Assembly (NCBI RefSeq): GCF_003324675.1
Contig: NZ_CP030918.1
Coordinates: 2,460,001-2,492,000 of the forward strand
From: Paracoccus suum
GTDB taxonomy: Bacteria; Pseudomonadota; Alphaproteobacteria; Rhodobacterales; Rhodobacteraceae
Length of the DNA: 32,000 nt
Direction: 5' to 3'
Shown: piece by piece, positions 26,629 through 32,000 of the stretch
How the letters are laid out: each line of letters opens with the position of its first letter
Numbering within the stretch: position 1 is the stretch's first letter
Translations under genes and position numbers: made by a program
The notes under the pieces: model-generated
The model's database searches: none
What the model saw: only the letters and a program-made list of their open reading frames with translations
What the model was told of the DNA's origin: nothing

Positions 26629-27951
26629 CTACATCCCCAGCATATGCGGCAGCCACAGGCTGATGGCCGGCACATAAGTCACCAGGACGAGGAAGATCAG
26701 CATCGTCAGCAGCCACGGCCAGACCGCAACTGTCAATTCGGTGATTCCCATCTTGGTGATGCCGCTGGCGACATAGAGGTTGAGGCCGACGGGAGGGTGA
26801 CACATCCCGACCTCCATGTTGACGACGATCATGATGCCGAAGTGGACCGGATCGATCCCCAGCCGCACGGCGACCGGGAACAGGATCGGCGCCATGATCA
26901 GGACGATGGACGAAGGCTCCATGAAGTTGCCGGCCATCAGCAATAGGATGTTGACCACGATCAGGAAGGCCCACCAGGTCAGGCCGGCATCGACCATCCA
27001 GTTGCCCAGCGCCTGCGGGATTCCCTCGGAGGTCATCAGGAAGCTGAACAGCACCGCGTTGGTGATGATGTAGAGCAGCATCGCCGACATGTTCGCGCTG
27101 GAGAGCAACACCTTGGGCACGTCGGCAAGGCGCATGTCCTTGTAGACGAACACTGCGATGACAAAGGCGTAGACCGCCGACATGGCCGCTGCTTCGGTCG
27201 GCGTGAAGATGCCGGCATAGATGCCGCCGATCACGATCACGATCAGCAGCAGACCCCACATGGCGTCGCGGAAAGCCCGCCAGCGTTGCGCGAAGGTGGC
27301 GCGTGCAAGGCGCGGATAGTTGAACTTGCGGGCACGGTACCAGGTGGTGAAGGCCAGAAAGCCGGCCAGCATCATCCCCGGAATGACGCCGGCGATGAAC
27401 AACTCGCCCACCGACGCGCTGGCGACGATCTTCCCATCCGGTCCAGTGACCTGCATCCCCGAGGTCGCGACGGCATACATGACCATCACGATTGACGGCG
27501 GGATCAGGATGCCGAGCGCGCCGGACGTGGTGATGACGCCGGCGCCAAAGCTTTTGGGAAAGCCCTGCGCGACCATCGCCGGCAGGATCACGCTGCCGAT
27601 GGCCACCACCGTCGCGGGCGAACTGCCGGATACTGCCGCGAACAGGGCGCAGGCGATGACGCCGGCAAGGCCGAGGCCGCCGTGCCAGTGCCCGACCATC
27701 GCGGTGGCAAAGTTGATCATGCGCCTCGCGACGCCGCCATGGGTCAGGAAGTTGCCGGCAAGGATGAAGAACGGGATCGCCATGATCTCGAACTTCTCGA
27801 TGCCGGTGAACAGCTTCAGCGCCACCGTATCGATCGGCACCGTGGTCATGGTGAACAGGAACGTCAGAACCGTGAGGCCCAGCGCGATACTGATCGGCAT
27901 GCCGGTCAGCATCAGCATGGTCAGCAGACCAAAGATGATTAGTGCGCTCAT
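26629..27951 (-). CDS. dctM: TRAP transporter large permease DctM
   Basis: 440-aa, 12-TM DctM-family sequence, 1 nt downstream of dctQ. Confidence 0.9.
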   Translation of the reverse strand: MSALIIFGLLTMLMLTGMPISIALGLTVLTFLFTMTTVPIDTVALKLFTGIEKFEIMAIPFFILAGNFLTHGGVARRMINFATAMVGHWHGGLGLAGVIACALFAAVSGSSPATVVAIGSVILPAMVAQGFPKSFGAGVITTSGALGILIPPSIVMVMYAVATSGMQVTGPDGKIVASASVGELFIAGVIPGMMLAGFLAFTTWYRARKFNYPRLARATFAQRWRAFRDAMWGLLLIVIVIGGIYAGIFTPTEAAAMSAVYAFVIAVFVYKDMRLADVPKVLLSSANMSAMLLYIITNAVLFSFLMTSEGIPQALGNWMVDAGLTWWAFLIVVNILLLMAGNFMEPSSIVLIMAPILFPVAVRLGIDPVHFGIMIVVNMEVGMCHPPVGLNLYVASGITKMGITELTVAVWPWLLTMLIFLVLVTYVPAISLWLPHMLGM

Positions 27952-27952
27952 C

Positions 27953-28651
27953 TCAGCGGTCCTTCCGGTCTTCGGTCATGTCGCGGGGTGTCAGCGGGCT
28001 GTCGATCATCGCCTCGCCGGTCGCATCGACGCCGTCTGCCAGGTCACCCGCATCCGGCTCGGGCTCGATGCCCTCGACATGGCCGTGATCGTGATGCGGC
28101 AACTCGCCGGTGCGGTAGAAATTCCAGGCGACCTGCAGGAAGCGGAAGCACATGAGCGAGCTGCCCAGCGGGATCGCAAGGTAGACCATCCACTGCGGCA
28201 GTTCGAGGTCGGGAGAGACCGAGCTGGCGTGATACATGTCACGCACGAAATTGGCGCCCATGATCGCGATGGTGCCGGTGAAGAAGGCGCCGGCGAGCAG
28301 GCCGAACAGGATCATGACCTTGCGCCGCGGCGGGGCGAGGCGGTTGATCAGCACGTCAATGCCAACGTGGATGCCGGTGCGTACGCCGTAGGCGGCGCCG
28401 AACTTGGCCATCCACACGAACATGATGATGCAAAGCTCCTGCGCCCAGACGAGGTTCACATGGCGCAGAGATGTGTAGAAGCTGCGAGCGGCGGCGCTGA
28501 GCGCCTCCATCTCGTGGCCGCGGGCGAATTTCACGACGTCGGCGGTCAATCCCAGCGCATAGCGTTGGACGACGGCGACAAAGATCAGCGTCGTCGCTGC
28601 CGCCATGAGTGTTGCGATCAGCACCTCTTCGAGGCGGTCGAGCCAGCGCAT
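27953..28651 (-). CDS. dctQ: TRAP transporter small permease DctQ
   Basis: Four predicted TM helices plus an acidic/His-rich C-terminal tail. Sits between dctP and dctM. Confidence 0.85.
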   Translation of the reverse strand: MRWLDRLEEVLIATLMAAATTLIFVAVVQRYALGLTADVVKFARGHEMEALSAAARSFYTSLRHVNLVWAQELCIIMFVWMAKFGAAYGVRTGIHVGIDVLINRLAPPRRKVMILFGLLAGAFFTGTIAIMGANFVRDMYHASSVSPDLELPQWMVYLAIPLGSSLMCFRFLQVAWNFYRTGELPHHDHGHVEGIEPEPDAGDLADGVDATGEAMIDSPLTPRDMTEDRKDR

Positions 28652-28672
28652 CTGTGATCATCCCCCTGTAAG

Positions 28673-28700
28673 GGCCGGGCGGTCTTGGCGCCGCCCGGCC
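28673..28700 (-). promoter_or_regulatory. dctP-dctQ intercistronic stem-loop
   Basis: Perfect 10-bp arms ggccgggcgg / ccgcccggcc with an 8-nt loop and no U-tract. On the minus strand it is followed by a GGGGGA Shine-Dalgarno-like sequence before the dctQ ATG. Confidence 0.55.
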
Positions 28701-28716
28701 GATTGGTCAAATGCGC

Positions 28717-29724
28717 TTATTGCGCGGCGGTCGCCGCCTCGATCTGCTTGATCAGATCGGCACCGATGCGGCCGGCCATCTCCTCGCGGACGGGGGCCAA
28801 GGCCTCTTTCCACGCGGTCTTCTCCTCATCCGTCATCTCATGGAAGTCGGTGGTGCCGGCGTCACGCATCGCCTGCATGGCCTTGTCGTTCTCGTCCTTG
28901 GCGATGCCGTTGGCGTAGGTCGTCGCCTCGGCCATGGCCTTCTCCAAGTTACCGCGCACGTCGTCGGGCAGACCGTCCCAGAACTTCTTGTTCACGATCA
29001 CCGCGTAGCCCAGATACCCGTGGTTGCTGATCGTGGCGTTCTTTTGAACCTCGTTCATCTTCTGGGTGTACATGTTCGAAGGCGGGTTCTCGGTGCCGTC
29101 CACCACGCCGGTCTGCAGCGCCTGATAGACCTCGCTGAAGGCCATCACCTGCGGCACGGCGCCCAGCGCCTTCATCTGCGCTTCCAGCACCTTGCTGGAC
29201 TGGATGCGCATCTTCAGGCCCAGGAAATCATCCGGCATCAGCAGCGGGCTGTTGGCCGACATGATCTTGAAGCCGTTGTCCCAGTAGGCGAGGCCCTTGA
29301 TGCCCTTGGGCTCGAGCTTGGCCAACATCGCGGCGCCGACGTCACCCTCGGTCACCTTGCGCAGCTGGTCGTAGCCGTCAAAGATGTAGGGCAGGTCGAA
29401 GGCCTCGAAATCGGGCACGCCGAGCGGGCCGAACTTGGCCAGCGACGGGGCGAGCATCTGGACGGCGCCCAACTGCAGCGCCTCCATCTCCTCCTTGTCC
29501 TTGTAGAGCTGGCTGTTGGGGTAGATCTCGATCTTGACCTTGCCCTCGGTGTATTTCTCGGCAAGTTCCTTGAACTTTTCGGCGCCCTTGCCCTTGGGCG
29601 TGTCGGGCGCGACGACGTGGCTGAACTTGATCGTGATGTCCTGCGCAAAGGCAGGCACGGCCAAGCCGATAGCGACAACGGCAGCGAGGCCAGAGCGAAG
29701 CCCGGCCTGGAAAAACTGGTTCAT
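28717..29724 (-). CDS. dctP: TRAP C4-dicarboxylate-binding periplasmic protein DctP
   Basis: Signal peptide ending AVPAFA. IKFSHVVAPDTPKGKGAEKFKELAEKYT, QLYKDKEEMEALQLGAVQMLAPSLAKFGPLGV and FWDNGFKIMSAN closely match R. capsulatus DctP as I remember it. Start at ATG 29724. Confidence 0.92.
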   Translation of the reverse strand: MNQFFQAGLRSGLAAVVAIGLAVPAFAQDITIKFSHVVAPDTPKGKGAEKFKELAEKYTEGKVKIEIYPNSQLYKDKEEMEALQLGAVQMLAPSLAKFGPLGVPDFEAFDLPYIFDGYDQLRKVTEGDVGAAMLAKLEPKGIKGLAYWDNGFKIMSANSPLLMPDDFLGLKMRIQSSKVLEAQMKALGAVPQVMAFSEVYQALQTGVVDGTENPPSNMYTQKMNEVQKNATISNHGYLGYAVIVNKKFWDGLPDDVRGNLEKAMAEATTYANGIAKDENDKAMQAMRDAGTTDFHEMTDEEKTAWKEALAPVREEMAGRIGADLIKQIEAATAAQ

Positions 29725-29783
29725 GGTACTCTCCCGGTGTGGTGCTGCGACGTTATCGGCGCGACTCCCTCTTGCAAAGAGGC

Positions 29784-31139
29784 TTACACGAGCGCGGCCA
29801 CTGTCTTGCGCCGCCAGACGAGCATATAATAGGCGCCCTGCAGGATCATAAGTCCAGCAAATCCGGCGACATAGCCCCACCAGATGCCGTGCAGGCCCAT
29901 CACGCCCGACAGGGTGATAGCGGTCGGCAGCTCGATCAGCAGCACGCAGCCGACGCCGATCAGCATGGGGACAAGGACCGTGCCCGAGGCGCGCATGACG
30001 CCCGAGAAGATGGTCCCTGCGCCGAACATCAGGGCCGACCAGGTGACGATGTGCAGCAGGCGCTGGGCGAGGTCCACGACCTCCGGCTCGGTGATGAAGA
30101 GCGACACGACGCTGCGCGAGAACAGCGTTACCAGCACCACCAGCCCGCCGGTCAGCACAAGGTTCATCAGCATCGCAGTGCGCACCACGGAATCGAGGCG
30201 CTGTGCCTGACCCGCGCCGATCATCTGCGCGCCAAAGATCGAGGCCGCGATGGCGATCGACAGCGCCGGGAACTGGACATAGGCCTGCACCTGGCCGACC
30301 GCGCCATAGGCCGCCGTGGCGTCGGAGCCAAAGGCGTTGACCAGCCCGACGATCACCAACCCTGATAGCGAGCCGACGACGATCTGCACCCCGGTCGGCA
30401 GGCCGACCCGCAGTATGGTCATCAGGAGCTTCGGATCCGGCCGCAGCCGGCGAAGCATCCTGGCAGAGGGCGCGAGGGGGTGGTCAAGCGCGCGCAGCCA
30501 CAGCGCAAGTGCGACGAAGGCGGCGAGTTGGGCCGCGCCTTGGCCAAAGGCCGCGCCCCGGATCCCGAGGCTGGTCCGCGTCACCAGCAGGTAGGTCAGC
30601 GCCGCCGACACCGCAGTCGCTACGATCTGGATCAGCAGCGGGCGCACTGTGTCGCCCATCCCGCGCAGCAATGCCCCGCCCAGGATGAACAGGAACAGCG
30701 CCGGCATGGTGATGAACGAAGCGCGCGCGTAAGCGGTCGCATTCGCGAGAATGTCGGGCGGCGTGCCGAGCAGGTGCAGGATGCGCGGCGTCAACGCGAC
30801 GCCGAGGACGGCAATGACCAGCCCGCCGAGGGTCGAGACCGTCAGTGCGGTCCCGGCGATGCGGCGCACCACGCTCAGCTTTCCGGCGCCATAGGCCTGG
30901 CCGATCAACACGCTGGCGCCAGCGGTGATGCCGATCAGGAAGGCGATGAAGAAGAACACGACTGGCATGAAGGTGGCCGCGGCCGCCAGCTCCCGCGTGC
31001 CCAGCGTGCGGCCGACGATGATGCTGCTGATGGTCGCCGACAGCGACTGCAGGATGTTCTGCGCCATCAGCGGCAACAGGAAAACCAGGAAGGCGCGCCA
31101 CAGCGGGCGGCTCTCATCAAGGGTCGGTGCGCGGGACAT
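29784..31139 (-). CDS. MATE family efflux transporter
   Basis: About 450 aa with a 12-TM profile. N-terminus LWRAFLVFLLPLMAQNILQSLSATISSIIVGRTLG is typical of MATE. Start at ATG 31139 (MSRAPTL...). Confidence 0.85.
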   Translation of the reverse strand: MSRAPTLDESRPLWRAFLVFLLPLMAQNILQSLSATISSIIVGRTLGTRELAAAATFMPVVFFFIAFLIGITAGASVLIGQAYGAGKLSVVRRIAGTALTVSTLGGLVIAVLGVALTPRILHLLGTPPDILANATAYARASFITMPALFLFILGGALLRGMGDTVRPLLIQIVATAVSAALTYLLVTRTSLGIRGAAFGQGAAQLAAFVALALWLRALDHPLAPSARMLRRLRPDPKLLMTILRVGLPTGVQIVVGSLSGLVIVGLVNAFGSDATAAYGAVGQVQAYVQFPALSIAIAASIFGAQMIGAGQAQRLDSVVRTAMLMNLVLTGGLVVLVTLFSRSVVSLFITEPEVVDLAQRLLHIVTWSALMFGAGTIFSGVMRASGTVLVPMLIGVGCVLLIELPTAITLSGVMGLHGIWWGYVAGFAGLMILQGAYYMLVWRRKTVAALV

Positions 31140-31517
31140 GGCGGGACTCGATACGGGGGGAGGCACGGCTCGGGGGCGGGCTTGCCACCTAAGCGCAGGG
31201 CGGCGCAAGAGGGGGCGGCTTTTGCAATTGGCGGGGTGTGGCGGGCCGAGGGAAGAGGCAGCGTGTCAGCGGGCCAGTGGATTCGAGGCGCCGACTCCTC
31301 GGTGCAACCGAAGCTTTGACCAAGCTCCCAGAGGCTTTTGGTTGGGGCAGGTGATCGTCACGCAGCACCGCCGCGAAATATTCGGGGCATCGGCCAAATG
31401 AACTGACGCACGCCGCCTCAAGAGAAACCAAGTCGCGGGACAGGGCGATTCCGCACCTCGAATGTTCACGTCCGAGAGCTAATCCTCACGTAGGCTCGCG
31501 ATCCTGTGATCCCGCCC

Positions 31518-31550
31518 AAAAAACCGAAAGCCCCGCCGGCGAGGCGAGGC
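31518..31550 (-). terminator. Rho-independent terminator of the DUF882 gene
   Basis: On the minus strand: GCCUCGC-cucgccg-GCGGGGC (7 bp including one G-U pair) followed by UUUCGGUUUUUU. It lies about 30 nt after the stop. Confidence 0.6.
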
Positions 31551-31582
31551 TGTGCAGTGGTCTCTCAGGAAGATGGTTAGCC

Positions 31583-32000
31583 TCAGCCGCCCCAGTGGCG
31601 CATCGGGCCGCAGTCCATGTGCACAAAGTTCGAGCGTGAATATTTCCCGACCCCGCCACCCCGGCAGGCCGCCGCGGCCTGGTACATCTGCCCGACCGAC
31701 CGCGATTTCAGCCGCAGGTCCGCGGCCTTGCCGACCATATGCAGCGAGTTGCGTGCGACGCCCGACGACTGCGAGCGCAGCATCGCGTTGGTCTGCGGCG
31801 AGCGGTAGCCCGACAGCATCATGTAGGGCTCATTGGTCTGCAAAAGCCGGTGCGAGGCGGTTGCGATGTCGATCGTGCGCGGGTCGATGCCGACCATCGT
31901 GCCGGTCCGCCAGTCGCGCATGAAGATGTTGATCTCGTTCAGGGCGTCGCGGATGTACTTGCCATCCACCCAGTACACGGTGTCGATGCTCTCGCCCGTG
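31583..32000 (-). CDS. DUF882 / YcbK-like peptidase M15A family protein (N-terminus beyond the window)
   Basis: GYRSPQTNAML, NSLHMVGKAADL, GGVGKYSRSNFVHMD. The frame stays open to the right edge of the window. Confidence 0.8.
   Translation of the reverse strand, partial: TGESIDTVYWVDGKYIRDALNEINIFMRDWRTGTMVGIDPRTIDIATASHRLLQTNEPYMMLSGYRSPQTNAMLRSQSSGVARNSLHMVGKAADLRLKSRSVGQMYQAAAACRGGGVGKYSRSNFVHMDCGPMRHWGG

Noticed and set aside
27953-28100. Acidic, His-rich C-terminal tail of DctQ (HHDHGHVEGIEPEPDAGDLADG...) looked like an unusual extension.
   Set aside because: As I recall, R. capsulatus DctQ is about 25 kDa, so a 232-aa DctQ is normal for this subfamily. The tail is low-complexity and not evidently a domain.
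19200-30365. Other long shadow ORFs (19200-20102 plus, 20530-21954 plus, 23765-24982 minus, 25475-26677 plus, 27320-28657 plus, 28711-29829 plus, 29739-30365 plus, 30480-31319 plus).
   Set aside because: Same reasoning: each lies opposite a confidently identified gene (hydA, amidohydrolase, kup, MFS, dctM/Q, dctP, MATE) and encodes Arg/His/Asp/Gly-rich junk.
31270-31320. tRNA-like T-loop string (minus strand ...ggcgcctcgaatccactgg...).
   Set aside because: There is no complementary T-stem, acceptor stem or anticodon arm, so no cloverleaf can be drawn.
1-32000. Window-wide look for CRISPR arrays, IS elements, integrases, prophage genes and rRNA/tRNA genes.
   Set aside because: I saw no regularly spaced repeats, no transposase- or integrase-like ORFs, and no RNA gene signatures.

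Overview
High-GC alphaproteobacterial chromosome, Rhodobacteraceae-like judging by the gene content and a dctPQM locus resembling that of Rhodobacter capsulatus. The window is almost entirely densely packed housekeeping and catabolic genes. Left to right: a MotB/OmpA-like protein with a very long coiled coil; a Bcr/CflA MFS pump; an ABC ATPase with no adjacent permease; an NDUFS6-like zinc-finger protein plus an alpha/beta hydrolase; lolC/E-lolD; a ~0.6 kb low-GC islet with one foreign-looking orphan ORF; parE; a candidate 35-aa membrane peptide; GST; pyrD; DUF952; a secreted 5'-nucleotidase; a ~9 kb, 10-gene minus-strand operon for reductive pyrimidine/hydantoin catabolism fused to a NitT/TauT-type ABC importer (with embedded GNAT, SDR and cupin genes); kup; a second Bcr/CflA MFS pump; dctPQM; a MATE pump; and a truncated DUF882/YcbK gene. 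I saw no rRNA, tRNA, CRISPR array, transposase or integrase. The most unusual items are the low-GC islet between lolD and parE (orphan HEPN-like ORF) and the stator-like MotB/OmpA protein with a ~350-aa coiled-coil insert. Many long ORFs in the six-frame track are antisense shadow ORFs typical of GC-rich DNA and are not called. All family assignments come from motif recognition by eye. No searches were run.
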